The position numbers were made by a program, and so were the translations under genes. The notes beneath the pieces are model-generated. The model made no database searches and was not told the DNA's origin. It was given only the letters and a program-made list of their open reading frames with translations. Source: Octopus sinensis (taxonomy: Eukaryota). Taken from it: a stretch of DNA of 64,000 nt. The stretch is taken from positions 72,230,001 to 72,294,000 of the forward strand of contig NC_042998.1 of assembly GCF_006345805.1 (NCBI RefSeq), given 5' to 3'. Positions within the stretch are counted from its first letter, which is position 1, and every line of letters begins with the position of its first letter. Positions 1-13,700 of this stretch are shown piece after piece.

Positions 1-608
1 CGAAATATAGGGCAATTCCAAAAAAGTGCTATTTTTTTACGAATTAAGTCGATAATCTTGTATCTAACATGAAAGATGTAATGTGTGTCTCCTACTGCAA
101 TTTTGTTTCCTTCTGCTTTACATATAGAGACATAATATATTTTGTGTTACGTTACTGAATGTGAGAGATAGCGTTCTCTAATATTGGAATGTAAAGCTGT
201 ACTTTACAGTGTTTCAAGAGTCCACGCTGATGATTTCTCTTTCGCTTATAACTTGTATAGTAGTAGGAAATTTTGGATCATACGATGTTTGGAATAATGT
301 AACTATCAGTACATGTAATCAGAATGAATCATGTGTCGTGATACAAAGTGCTTGGTTTCTAATTACACCATGACACGATGAATTTGAAGATCGTACAACA
401 CTTTAGCTACAGGCAGTGGTATATTGCACATCACCTGCTGTCCAATCCAGTTGTGTGCTTCTATATATATTATAAATTCTAATGATATTTTTGGGATTGG
501 TTTTGTCTGAGCATTTTGAATATTTTATAAGTCAGTAATGTCTTTTGGAAGTCATCTGTCATGCTATTTGGTGCTGATAGAACAACGTCTAGATTTCGGC
601 ATGAAACG

Positions 609-672
609 GGCAATGTTGATGATGATGATGATGTTGACGATGATATAACTACTACTACTACTACTACTACTA

Positions 673-714
<42 letters not shown>

Positions 715-757
715 AAACCATAACCACTGCTACTACTACTACTACTACTAAAACCAT

Positions 758-846
<89 letters not shown>

Positions 847-880
847 GTAATATAATCATGATGACGATGATAAGAAACAA
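609..880 (+). repeat. Compound trinucleotide microsatellite (GAT)n-(ACT)n-(AAT)n
   Basis: Read directly; it explains the poly-L/V/T/N ORFs at 479-922 and 561-896. Confidence 0.98.
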
Positions 881-896
881 ATACAGGCTACAATAA

Positions 897-1056
897 GGGT
901 GGAGCATTTGCAGAAACAGCACTGCTTGAAATCGCTCGAATACTCTGGAAGGCGCTAGAAAAATATAGGGTGTTACCTTGGTTCACTGGTAGTGAACAGC
1001 TGACACTGTAGAATATGTCTAGCGTTAGAAGATGTGCAAAGGCAATGATAATAACT
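897..1056 (+). mobile_element. Short 5'-truncated 3' end of an RLE-type (R4/Dong-like) LINE
   Basis: Frameshifted reading EHLQK/ALLEIARILWKAL matches the C-terminal LQKxALLGTARILRKVL motif seen in the other LINEs here. It follows an AAT array and ends in AATGATAATAA. Confidence 0.65.
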
Positions 1057-1269
1057 TACAAAGCATTGGATTATATCCACGTAAGTTAATACTCATTAAA
1101 ATTTATCTCTATTTTCCAAATGAAATTTTGTATTTTGATTGTGTATCATCTTCATCACTGGCACAAAACGTGTAAACACTTTCGCCACATTACGGTTCAA
1201 ATCAACATCACACCATATCCGTCCTCAACCACCATAAACACAAAAATAAATGAAAAATAAATTAAATAA

Positions 1270-4200
1270 TAATCGCATTATCCAACCGAAAAAGAGCAAA
1301 CTTGAAGTACGTAATTTAAACATATTACACAAAAAGTACGAAAAACAACACGTGTAAAACAATTTAACACCAGAAATGTACGTACCGGTACCCTACAAAA
1401 ATGATGACCATAAAAATAAAGGGCTGGATGTTATTCCTCACGCCCCGCAAATCAAATCAAAAAGCATATATAGACAGGTGAGGATATATTTCAATCTTAA
1501 ACGCTTACTTTACGGTAGTGCTCTACTCACAGAACGAAAACATGACAACATATACAGATTAAATCTGGTTAAATAATCTAGATAAAGATTTGGATATAGT
1601 AATGAACTCTAATAAACTAGCTAACAAACGCAGATATATTCTCAAAGCAAAAACAATATCAGAAATAGAAGAAATAACACTCAAAAGGAAAAACACACCA
1701 GGAAAACGTAGATAGTGACCACCTAGAATTGCTAAATAATATCATAAGCAGTGGGGCTATAAAATACTAAGGCAGACGTAAGATGTCCAACACAAACGAA
1801 GTAAGCAACGAAAGACAACAAACCCAAACTGTAGGAAAACATAATGATGAGCAAAATGAAGTAAACCATACTAGGTAAGTAGCAAAATTCAGAACAATGT
1901 ATATCTGAGGTGAAGGAGCAACTAAAGTGAGATGACCTCACCAAAGCACGAAGAAGACGCTGGTATGAGAAATGCCAACGTTTCTTTGAACGAAACAAAC
2001 ATTTCAACTCCAACCCACCAAACGTCTACCAAGAACTTGACAAAAATAAAATACAGCACGAACAGCAGAAGAGGTGGAAGAATTTTGGAAAGAAATATGG
2101 TCGGCGAAGGAACAATCTCAGAAAAGATCTGTCAAAATAATAAGCACAGCAACTGAACAACTCTGAAATCCTATAACAACTGAAGAGGTCACCCAGACAC
2201 TGCAAGATCTAAGCAACTGGATGGCACCCAGGAACGATATGATCTCAATCTTCTGGTTAAAATATCTAACAGTAATACATAAAACGCTGGCTGAGAAATG
2301 TAATGAAATACTAGCAGAGCCAGAGACAATGCCTGAATGGCTCATGGAAAGCAAAATTATCCTAATTCTGTGGACCACTGAAACGGCTGACCCACAGAAG
2401 TACAAACCGATAACTTGTCTCACTACAATTTACAAAATCTTTAGTGCAATAATATCTCAGAAAATCGGCAAGCATCTGGAAAAAAACAACTTGTTTCCAG
2501 AAGAGCAGAAGAGCAGAAGGAATGCTGTAAGGGCTCATACATGTGTAAAAATCTTCCATTGATCAATAAAGCCATAACTGAAGACAGAATAACGAAGGGT
2601 CGAAAGCATAGGTTGGATTGATTATCGAAAGGTTTTTGATAGTGTTCCCTACACATGGCTCTTAGAAACACTAGCCATGAACAAGATAACACCCATAATT
2701 ATAAAATAAATAAAGTCCCATAAATAATTGACAAACAATGGTACAGCTTCAGACAAAAGAGGAACTCGTAAAATTCAAAGGCATCCCCATTAGAATGGGA
2801 ATATTCCAGGGAAACAAGCCCTCACCACTCCTTTCACACTTTGCACTGACACTTTTATCTGACGTGTTAAACAGAACTGGTAGTGGATATAATTGTTACG
2901 GCAAAACAATCAACAGTCTATTGTATATGGAAGATTTAGAACTGTATGCTGCAAATGATAAACAACTCGGAAGACTACTACAGACAGTAAATAGATTTAC
3001 CAAAGAAATATATATGAAAATTTGGCTTAGAAAATTGTGTCAAACCAGCCTTGAAAATAGGTAAAATAGTTAAGAGTCACAACATCACACTAAATAAAGC
3101 AAATGAAATAATAGAATTAGACCAAAGCCAGACATACAGATGCCTAAGTAAATACGATACAACACACAAATAAAAGAGAAGGTAATAAAGGAATACTATA
3201 AACGAGTTAGATTAATACTCAAAACAGATTTGAATGCGAAAATCAAGATAATAGGTATCAACACTTTAGCTGTCCCAGTGATAAGTTACAGCTACAACAC
3301 TCTTAACTGGTCTCTAAATGACATAATCAAAATAGAGAGGAAAACAAGAAAAAATAATGACAGGATTTAGGATGCATCACCCAAAATCTGACAGAGAAAG
3401 GTTATATATAAAACGTATTGAATGTGGTAGACGCTTTATACAGCTTCAGAACTATGACAAAATAACCACCATAGCATTAGAAAAATAACTGCTCCAGAAG
3501 CAAGAAAAATTAATACTAACAACCACAAAAGGCTAACAAAACAAAAAACTGTTTCCTGTCTTGAAGGAAGCTGTCAAATACAAAAAAGAGAAGTCACAGT
3601 ACCTGACAAATATGAAGAAAGGGAGAAATAATAAAAGCTGTAAAACAACTGAAATCCAAAGTAAAACTGAAACAGCAATGTATCATGATAAACGGTGGCA
3701 CGAAAAGCCACTACATGCCAAATATTGGGTTAAGCTAAATAGAAAATAAATAGACAAAGCAAAAGCTGAACAATGGTTGAGAAGTTTAGAACTCGAAGTA
3801 GAGACTGCAAATGTTTTTATTGCAGCATAAGAGCAAAGCCTTGACACCAGAAATCACCAAAAAGACATAATGAAAAATATACAAGTGGCTGCAGATTATA
3901 TGGTGATGAAGAAGAAATAATAAAATCATATTGCCTCTGGTTGCCTATTACTGGCTAAGAAGGACTTAGTTGGGGTTTATGTACACCGGAAGCTATGACA
4001 ACACTATAGAATGACAACAGAAAAAGACGGTATAGGTACACCCCAGAAAAGAGCACAGAAAATGAGAAAGAAACCATACCCTGGGATATGCCAATACACA
4101 AAGATAGAGAAATAACGGCTAATAGGCCGGATACAGTTGTGAGAGATCAACAAGAAAAAAATGCTTTCTAATCGATGTATCAATACCAAGAAACAGAGAA

Positions 4201-4500
4201 ATTTTCAAAATACAAAGATCTGCTCGAATGCGAAGCCTAAAATGAGAAACAGTTCCAGTTATATAAAACGCAATAGGTACGATAAAAGATATTCAGGCCT
4301 AAAGATAATAAAAACATCAAGACTTACAAGTGCATATAACATACAGATAATTGCACCACTAGGCATCGCAAATCCTAGGAAAAGCTCTTTCAATACAGTG
4401 AAAATAAGAACACCACAACAAACCACAGCACATACCCAAAGCACACAGAACTCAGTAGTGCAGTGAAAGCACGTGATAAAAAATAAGACAACTTAATAAT
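1270..4500 (+). mobile_element. Near full-length decayed R4/Dong-type non-LTR retrotransposon (family A): N-terminal region, RT, RLE
   Basis: ORF pieces in order: NKLANKRRYILK (~1610); RT motifs YKPITCLTTIYKIF (2221-2562), GIFQGNKPSPLL and LLYMEDLELY (2738-3064); degenerate zinc knuckle HIASGC; RLE WDMPIH..ANRPD..V and FLIDVSIP. The 3' UTR ends in an AAT-rich array. Many stops and frameshifts; 5' boundary approximate. Confidence 0.9.
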
Positions 4501-4619
4501 AATAAAAAACGATGATCATCATGATGATCATCATGATGATATTAATAATAATAATAATAATAATAATAATGAATGGCAATAATAAATAATATTTATAAAT
4601 GATAATAATAAAAATAATA

Positions 4620-5172
4620 AATGCCCTGATGCAGTACCAGACAGTGGTTCTCGTGGCTTCTGATCTTAACTGATTGGAAGTGTTATCATATACATTGTTT
4701 TGTCTTGGTATAAAAGATGGGCTGCAACAAATATTCTGCTCAATACCACAGATTTGCCCGTCAGTTGTTTGATCTTAATCAGTTGAGCATGTCCCTTGGT
4801 GGCTGACGATATGTGCATCTCATCACGAGCAGAAGTAGTGGGGGGAGCATCATATCCATGTGTTGAAAGGAATTCTTGGAAATTTGGATAATTCACCTTT
4901 GGAAACATGGGTGTTTCGTTCAACATCCTTAAACAATCCTTATTCAGGCACCTTTGAGTGGGATGGGTTATTCGACCAGAAGAAAATTCTAACTGGGCCC
5001 CACCTGCAAGGTCATGCGCTATTTTTTGGTGATCCATCACCATGTCGCGCACATATAGTTGTGATGCATGTGCCTAGTGTACCCTTATCAGACGGGTAGT
5101 CATGATGGGTATACTGGGCTTCTTATATTTAACCCAAGTATCATTTTGATGTCATGCACTACTCTCTCATTC
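4620..5172. mobile_element. ~550-bp non-autonomous interspersed element embedded in (AAT)n, copy A
   Basis: Unique-complexity block bounded by AAT/CAA arrays on both sides; a second copy starts at 5281 with the same AATGCCCTGA end. Orientation unresolved. Confidence 0.8.
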
Positions 5173-5201
5173 AACAACAACAACAACAACAACAACACAA
5201 C

Positions 5202-5269
<68 letters not shown>

Positions 5270-5280
5270 CAATAAATATA

Positions 5281-5568
5281 AATGCCCTGATGTGGTATCA
5301 GACAGTGGTTCTCGTGGCTTCTAATCTTAACTAATTGGAAGTGTTATGTACATTGTTTTGTCTTGGTATATAAAGATGGGCTACAGCAAATATCATGCTC
5401 AATACCACAGATTTGCTTGTCAGTTGTTTGACCATAACCAGTTGAGCATGTCCCTTAGTGGCTGACGATATGTACATCTCTGACCACGAGCAGAAGCAGT
5501 GAGTGCATCATAGCCGTGTGTTGAAAGGAGTTCTTAGAGGTTTGGATAATTCACCTTTGGAAACATGG
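5281..5568. mobile_element. Truncated second copy of the 4620-5172 element
   Basis: Colinear with roughly the first 290 bp of copy A, then stops at an (ACT)n-(AAT)n array running to ~5680. Confidence 0.85.
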
Positions 5569-5570
5569 AA

Positions 5571-5636
<66 letters not shown>

Positions 5637-5638
5637 GC

Positions 5639-5678
<40 letters not shown>

Positions 5679-5744
5679 TTTCACGTGTAACTAATGAAAG
5701 CTATAAACAAGAATGGGCAAAAAAAGTAAAAAAAAGCATACAAG

Positions 5745-7455
5745 AGAAAGTAAATGTACGGTCGGTTCGCAAGAGATGTGAACGCGAAGAAAAATGCAGA
5801 ATTGGCACAAGGCGATTACAAAAGACACACAATGTGGCAAGAATAATCCATTGAGAGCTCTGGGGAAACCACGGCCAACAAAGAGCAAAGTAGACCTCGA
5901 AAATTAGAATTGCAAAATCCTATGGGATGTAATGAACCATTGCGATCGCCTGACCAAACATCCACTCCGGAATTGCACCACTCTGTAGGCAATTGTCTAA
6001 TTTCAATGCAGTTCTCTTGTGTGTTGACCTAACCCTCTTGATTCAGTAGCCTTGAATTCCATCTGGTCCTGCGACTTTCCAGTTTGGAAATTTTGAGACC
6101 TATACAATTACATCTCCAGTTGTTATGCACATATGGTCCTAGCGGTTGATGGGGTTCGGATCTCCATTATAATTATCACTATAATTGAAGATGCCGCACA
6201 GTATACAATATCGAGTAGTTGTTGGTTGAAGATATTGTGTCTACGAGGTGGGGTATCCTCTACTGTTTGTCAGTCATAAAAATGACCTCAGACAGACAAT
6301 ACTTTACGCAATATGCGTGCAATTCTAAGTAATGCAGACCTTTGCAATTTACCTAGATTGTAGGATATTTCTAAAGTTTTCAGATGTTTTTCAGATTGGT
6401 TTGCAATGAATCCAATGCTCCGATGACTATAACGATAACATTTATTTTTGACTCTCATAGCTTCCCTATTTTAGCGAACTCAATTCTCAGGTCTCCATAT
6501 TTATCAATCCTTTCTCTTTCTTTCATGATGATATGTTGATCTCCTGGTACTGCCACGTCAATTATTAGGCACTCTTGTTTGTCCTTCCTAAAGGTTACTA
6601 TATCCAGCCTTTGGTGCTCTAATGTTATGTCTGTCAGGAAGTGAAAGTCACAAAGAAGTTTTGCCGTCCCCTTTTCGTGCACTACTTTCCCGTTACTTGG
6701 GAATATTGAAAGCAGACGAGATGAAAAGTGAAGGAATGAAACAAATGACCAATAGGGAGTACATAGGCGGATTCAGAAAATTTGTGCAGTCAAAGATGAA
6801 TTCAAAAACTCCCATTGAATCAATAAATTCAAGTGCAGTATCCGTTATCAGATATGGGGATGGACTTATAGACTGGACCAAATACGATATAAAGAAACCT
6901 GACAGAAACAAAATAATGGAAACTGTGCGAAAAGTGTGGGCTAGAGGGAGGAAAGACTTGTTATGTAAACCGAAGTGAGTGGTGAAGTCGGAGACCTGCA
7001 AAATCTGGAGTTTTCGAATCCAAACCGATCGGGTGCTAGAGCATAACGGATCAGATATAGTGGAGGTCGACAAGACGTACCACGTGTGCTATATGTTTGA
7101 TGTTGTGTTCCCCTTTGGCCAACGAAGGAATGCGAAAAAGGAGATAATTGCAATCTTCTTAAGTACAAAATAGCCCGGCAATGGAAAATTAAGGTGAAAT
7201 TAGCGCCAATAACTGTTGAGTCTTTGGGAACAGTATCAGAAGGCATCAAAAGGAATATAAAGGAAATTGGAATAGCGTGTCCAGTAGAACTGTTACAAAA
7301 GTTTTGCCTCCTTAGCACGCCCAGAATAATCAGGAAAGTATACGATAGCTGAAAAGAAAGGATATCATGATACCTTCGGTTGCATGCAGCAAGCCCGCTA
7401 TGCAAGCAATACTTCAGGATTTACAACAAAAGATGAGATGGAAAGGATAATAATA
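5745..7455. mobile_element. Mosaic of RLE-LINE fragments in mixed orientation
   Basis: About 5745-5990 (+): LAQGDYKRH..VARIIH, CKILWD. 5995-6125 (-): NWKVAGPDGIQGY. 6275-6695 (-): LLCDFHFLTD..DIV..IIDVAVP..DKYGDL. 6696-6915 (+): RT thumb AVSVIRYG..DWT. 6975-7455 (+): RLE and C-terminus ELLQKFCLLSTPRIIRKV, ending in ATAATAATAAT. Confidence 0.8.
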
Positions 7456-8203
7456 ATATCTCGTTGATCTACATGATGATCAGGTACAATTATGATTGCT
7501 CTGTACGATAACACATATTCGTGGAATGCAGCACCTTCTATGCACTAACAAGGATTACATGAAATCACAAAAAGAAAGGAATAATATACGTACACAAGAA
7601 CATTATATATACAAATAATTTACAAAATGTGAAGATATATGAAAGAATATTTGTTGGCAGCTTTGAAACGTATTTGCTGATTTATTACGTAGGTTAAGAG
7701 AAATGACATGCTACCTCATTAAATGGAATAGTTAAGTTTAAACATATATATTCGCCTTTTCAATATTAAAACTTGGAAATTGAAGAAAGTTAATTCCTAT
7801 GGTAGATTATATGGCGAATACAAGAATTTTGCGGTGACAATAAAAAAGTTGACGAGTTAGAGGCGGGGAAGAAAGTAATTCCAACAGAAATACAGAAAAT
7901 ATCCAAAGAAAGATGACAAGCAGACGACAATGAGATATGGAGACAAACTTATAGTTCAAGATATCTGTACTGAGAGGTCAGTTATCGATGCACAAGAGAA
8001 AGGTCACCGACCACATTATACACAAGTAGTGTTGAGAATATTGGGAAGATGTCAATAAAAAAGACTACTTTCATCATTATATAAAAGAAGGAAATATATT
8101 TAGCAAAATACAAATATAACGTACACTTTAGTAGTTTAGGAATACCCTTTAACCTTGATTTTCTACACTGGCTTATAACAAATAGTTGATTTGTAATAAA
8201 CAC

Positions 8204-8204
<1 letters not shown>

Positions 8205-8276
<72 letters not shown>

Positions 8277-8390
8277 GTATATATACATTACACAGGCACA
8301 CGTACACAACACGCACACATATGTACATGCACACATATACATATACAAGCATGTATACACACACGCACACATATATGTATATGCATGCAG
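8205..8390. repeat. (TA)n/(TATG)n/(CA)n compound microsatellite
   Basis: Read directly; similar arrays occur at about 24550-24650, 24930-25040, 26740-26825, 28740-29010, 42890-42975, 46410-46575, 51500-51620, 52960-53178, 60660-60730 and 63290-63460. Confidence 0.97.
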
Positions 8391-9559
8391 CTCTCCCTAA
8401 TTAGCGTTGAAATGATTTGGGGAATTATATGTTGACATTTGAATAGATATTGTATGGCTACCTAGTTGTTTCTGTTGTGCGTGCAATTTTGGTAGGGATA
8501 TATATTTTAAAATGAGGAATTAACTTTGACATTGAAGGTTAATAAGCACTATTATACCTATGTTTCAATCGGAAATAATTTCAAAATAGCAGCAAGCAGC
8601 TTCACGCTGTATTAGTGTCTTCATCTATATTAGATAAACGATTGCCGTTTTATAGAATGCTTCTTGTCGCACGCCGTGAGCTATAGTGTCCCCCTTAAGC
8701 ATGACATGACACTACAGAAGCATTATAGTCTATGGTTCTACAATAATACTTAGTAACAGTTACATTTCCTTATAAAGGGGTACCGAAAATGCTACACATT
8801 TTTCTCTCGCGTTCTATGGGATTCTGAGATCGAGGAAATGAATTCAAGGACATGACATGAATTATCCTTATCAGAGGATAATTCTCTTACCTTCTAGTTT
8901 ATCAATTGTAATCTCTGAGAAATTTGATTTATTGTTACAGCCTGTAGTATCCATCATCGAGAAAAACAAACTATCGGATTGTTGCCACCAAATATATGTT
9001 AATGGATTTCTTACCATCTATCGCTACAATCAAGAAAGACCACCTATCCCTAGCTGGCTCATGCTTATCACCCAATTGCAAAATTCTCAACGTTTCCTGT
9101 ATTATTGTACTGAGATTTCGCCCCTTCGTTCTGCAATCACTGTATCTTACATCTATGCTTGCATGTAAACTGACGTATAATCGTTCAACAAAAACAGGTA
9201 AGCTGCCTCACTGTGTGATATAGTTGAATGCTCAGATACTGGAAACCACAAACCAACTGACATTTCTAGAAAGTATTTTACCACGTGGGGCTTATACTAA
9301 AAAAGGTTTTCACTGTTTCCTAAATAATCATATAAATGTTACTGACTGATAGAGACTCCAATGATTTCCATTTTTATAATATTCAATTTATATATTATTC
9401 AATTTGACTCCATATATCTACTTTTGGTATGAAGGATGGAGTAAAGAAATGTGTAGTTTTAATCACGAAAATTCGACTAAACTTTGAATCTGACGGGAAA
9501 AATATACTGCAATATGAAAGAAAATAAATGATAGAAGCATCCCTGGATGCTACAGTATG

Positions 9560-10400
9560 CTAAACTAATGTAAATGGAAATGGAAGATAAAGTCTCCAAA
9601 GATTACAAGAAGAGAATTTGGAAGATGGTTGAAACAAATCTAAATATAAGTAATATTGTCAAGACTATCAGGAGGACCTGATACTTCACTATATATGGAA
9701 TATATAAATTTTAAGGACAACGAATCTCCTCAAAATGCATGACACACACTACACTAAGTATTATATTGATAAGCTCTATTTACTAAGAAGTTGGCAGAAG
9801 TTTATGAAATGCAGAGTTTAACATCAACGCAGTAATTTCTAATTGAAAATCTATGGCACGTTTAACAAGAAAATACTAAATTATACTAGGGAAAAAATAT
9901 TGAAGTCACTAAAAATGCTATAACTATCAGAAAAAAGGGTATAACTACATGCAAGACTTTGTCAACAAGATGTACATTGGAACAATATCCCGGCTTTTGG
10001 ATTAGAATTACCGTAACATTTCTGTGAACAGAAGCCAGATGCTATCATGCTTAAAAATAATTACCGATATTAAAGGGATCCCTCCACAGTGATCAATGAT
10101 TCCATTTCAGCACTGAGACTAGATATGATCGCGAAAGACAGAAATCACAGCATTGCAATTCCGTATGATATTATTATGGATATCAGGTTAACTGAGAAAA
10201 TTGAGAAAATTCACAACCTGACAAGATACATGAAGGGAATATGAAAGACACCTGTGGAAATAAATTTCGTGAAAGATTGAAACTAAGACACATATTGCTG
10301 ATATGCGAAAAATTACGACTCGCTGTTGTGTAAGAATCGCAAGGAGGACTCTTGAGACATGGGAAGTCTTAAACATCAAAAGCTTGCGAAAAACGAGCTG
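9560..10400 (+). mobile_element. Old, heavily decayed RLE-LINE 3' half
   Basis: Readings MEDKVSKDYKKRIWKMVETNLN (thumb-like), RLDMIAKD..AIPYD..EKIEK (RLE-like) and RIARRTLET (C-terminal motif), followed by a triplet array. Confidence 0.5.
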
Positions 10401-10494
10401 TTACATTTCAGATGTCGCTGCGACTACTTTTGTAGTTGCCACTATTACTGAAATAACCGTCACAACAGGAACAACAAAAATAAAAACTGCCACT

Positions 10495-10496
10495 CT

Positions 10497-10548
<52 letters not shown>

Positions 10549-10652
10549 GCTGCTGCCGCTGCCGCTGCTGCTGTTGCTACTGCTGCTACTACTACTACTA
10601 TTACTGCTGCTGCTGCTGCTTCTGCTGATTCTACTGCTGCTAGTAATACTAC

Positions 10653-10703
<51 letters not shown>

Positions 10704-10730
10704 TAATAATAATAATAACAATAATACTAA
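10495..10730 (+). repeat. Compound (ACT)n-(GCT)n-(AAT)n microsatellite
   Basis: Read directly; source of the ORFs at 10303-10776. Confidence 0.98.
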
Positions 10731-13700
10731 AACAAATCGAATCAAATATCATCCGTAGAATAGGATAAAGGAACATGTGGAAGACTTGAAGGAAGCGGCC
10801 ATTTAACGTAAATAATCACAAAAACGAAATTTTGTTTCCTACATACAAAGCCCAGTTTCTCCTATACAGTACGAGGGGCGTTCAATAAGTAATGCCCCTG
10901 ACCTACTTCCCTTAGTAGTAGAGCAACGAAACTTGGCACAGTTATTAGTCTTTTTCTACCTAGGAACCACCCAGAGTTACGCATTTCTCCAATCGTTTGA
11001 TGCAGCTCTGAAGACCTTTTTTGTAGAAGACCCCAGCTTGGTCCTCCAACCACGGCGTGACTTCAGAAATCAAGGCTGCATCATCTGGGAAACGCTTTCC
11101 TTTCAAAATTAACTTCATGGCTGGGAAGAGGTGAAAATCAGAGGGTGCAGGTCAGGAAATGGGGGATGAGTTCATAGCCGCACGCCTGTGCTTCTGATCT
11201 GGCGACACGCGAGTTGTGGATCGGAGCGTTGTCCTGCAGGAGGAGAATACCTTTGCTGATCTTGCCCCGCCTCTTGATTTTGATAGCTTCTCTTAATTTC
11301 CTCAAAAGTGAAGCATAATAGACTCCTGTAATTGTGGCACCCTTTGCCAAGAAATCTATCATCACTACTCCGTCCTGGTCCCAGAAGACTGTGAGCATGA
11401 CCTTGCCAGCGGAGGGCTGCACCCTTGCCTTCTTTGGAGGAGGTGAGTCACGGTGCTTCCACTGCATTGACTGGGCTTTGGTCTCTGGATCATAGTGATG
11501 GACCCAGGTTTCATCATGTGTAATCAGTCTTTTGAAAAATTTTGACTCATCTTCTTGGCACATCTTCAAATTCATCCTCACGCTATCGACGCGTTCTTGC
11601 TTCTGGAAAGGTGTGAGCAACCTGGGAATCCATCTGGCAGACACCTTTTGCATATGCAAATGGTCATGAATGATGGTTTCCACAGACCCAGTACTAATCC
11701 TGACCTCATGGGCTATTTGGCGAATAGTTATGCGTCGATCTTCCAAAATGGCAGCCTCAACTTGACGGACAGATGCCTCATCAATGGCAGAAGGGGGCAA
11801 CCAGATCTGGGAGCTGTTTCCACAAAGTTCCGACCATGTTTGAATTCACGATGCCAGCGTTTTACAAGGTCATATGATGGGGCATCATCACGATAAGTTA
11901 CTGTTATTTCATCAAAAGTCTCCCGTGCTGTGCGTCCTTTCAAATACACAAACAGCATCACTGCTCGACACTCAACAGGCTCCGTTTCACACTTGACTCA
12001 GTTCAAACACCTGTAAATAAGGAACCACAATTAATTCAGAGCTGTAATTTACCACTTAATCTATAGAGATATAGGTAATTGCACATGCAAAATTTCAGCT
12101 AGATCAAACAACTGCATGTGGGTCAGAGGCATTACTTATTGAACGCCCCTCGTATGTCTCAGTCAAAGATATGTGAAACACACACGCGAAATTAACCGCG
12201 GGAAGTTTACAAATTATAAAATATACAAAGGAAGAAAAGAGTAAGTACATAAATTAAATAATTTCGCATACACAATCATATATATACATTTTAATTCCCA
12301 TAAGACTATATATACATCCCAATTTTTAAACAACTACTTGAAATTTACACGACACACATGCACACATATGAAATCATACGCCTCAAACGCAGCAAAAAAA
12401 AAACAATAAAACATTTTTTTTTATTTTTCGCAATAACGCAGAGAGAGTGAACAATTCATAAGTTTAAAAGCATCACAAAAACTATGCCCGGAGATAAATC
12501 TTGCAACAAAAATATACAAACGAATACAGATCTGTTAGCCTTGAGAAGCAGCGTTTGAGCAATATTTTCATTCCGAGAGCTCGCAGGCTGTGTTGTTTCA
12601 AAGAATTAACTCTCAACAGACAGATCCGTCCCCTAATGTCATCGTCATGCTTCAGTGATAACAAAGTAAAATAGAAACTGTAATGATCGTCATACGGAAC
12701 AACAAGGACAGCGTACTCGAATGATGAACCAGACTGAGTGTGAAAAATAAGCTACTGGTTTAAATTTTCCAGAAAAACAAGAGCTGCAGATACCCCACAA
12801 CCGGAATATTCCAATAGATGAACATCCATGCTCAAATAATCAAAGGAAAAAGAATGAAAGTGTTTTGGGGGAGATTTTTAAGAGGTTCTCAAGGCCTTCT
12901 ATCACGCCCTATATTTCTCCACAAATAAATCTAATGCTGTACAAATTTACTTCAAGTGGAGACAGAAGCAGCTTGAAGTAAAACCTTACATAGTAACAAA
13001 CTTGCCAACGTCAGCAGAAACATAATGAAAAAGAAATTTCAAACTGAATTACAGATTGACCAAATTAAACAATCAGTAAGCGATAAAAGGAACGGAGTTG
13101 CAGCTGAAGAATATACTACAGGGGAATTACGTATAGACCAACCCAATTCTGATGAAAATGCACTGACAGATTTAACGTAACTGATAAGCAAAGTGACTCT
13201 TTGAACCAACCATAAATAGTAAGGCAGATGAAAATTAAATAGATGAAGAAAGCCACACAGAAATTGACCCAACAGAACTATATGATATAAATATCAATTC
13301 ATGATTGAATGGTTGAAAAGTAAAGAAACTAGTATGAATGAACGCGACATTATCCCAAAAGTTCACAATTCTAAGCAAAGCCCAAAAGTTGGTAAAATCC
13401 GCTTTGCAATTAAGGATAGTGTTTCTCCTAATGATGTTGATATTACAGATCGCAGTAATTTGCATCCGCGAAAATCTCAACGATTCTATGTGGTGAAAAG
13501 ATTATACGACGACAAAATTCTCACAAAAATCCTACTTGGAAAGAGCGTTTTCAACACGAAATTCAGCTACTTAGGTCCGACATAGAATGTTTAAAAACTT
13601 TAAATTTGACAAGATTATTAAAGCAACAAAATCCCGAAAACTAAAGAAAAATATAACATGGAAAACATTTGACATCGATACCACCATAGAAACAATCAAG

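Noticed and set aside
4666-5052. 128-aa ORF in the 550-bp element
   Set aside because: No recognisable domain, and the second copy has a 1-nt frameshift in the shared part.
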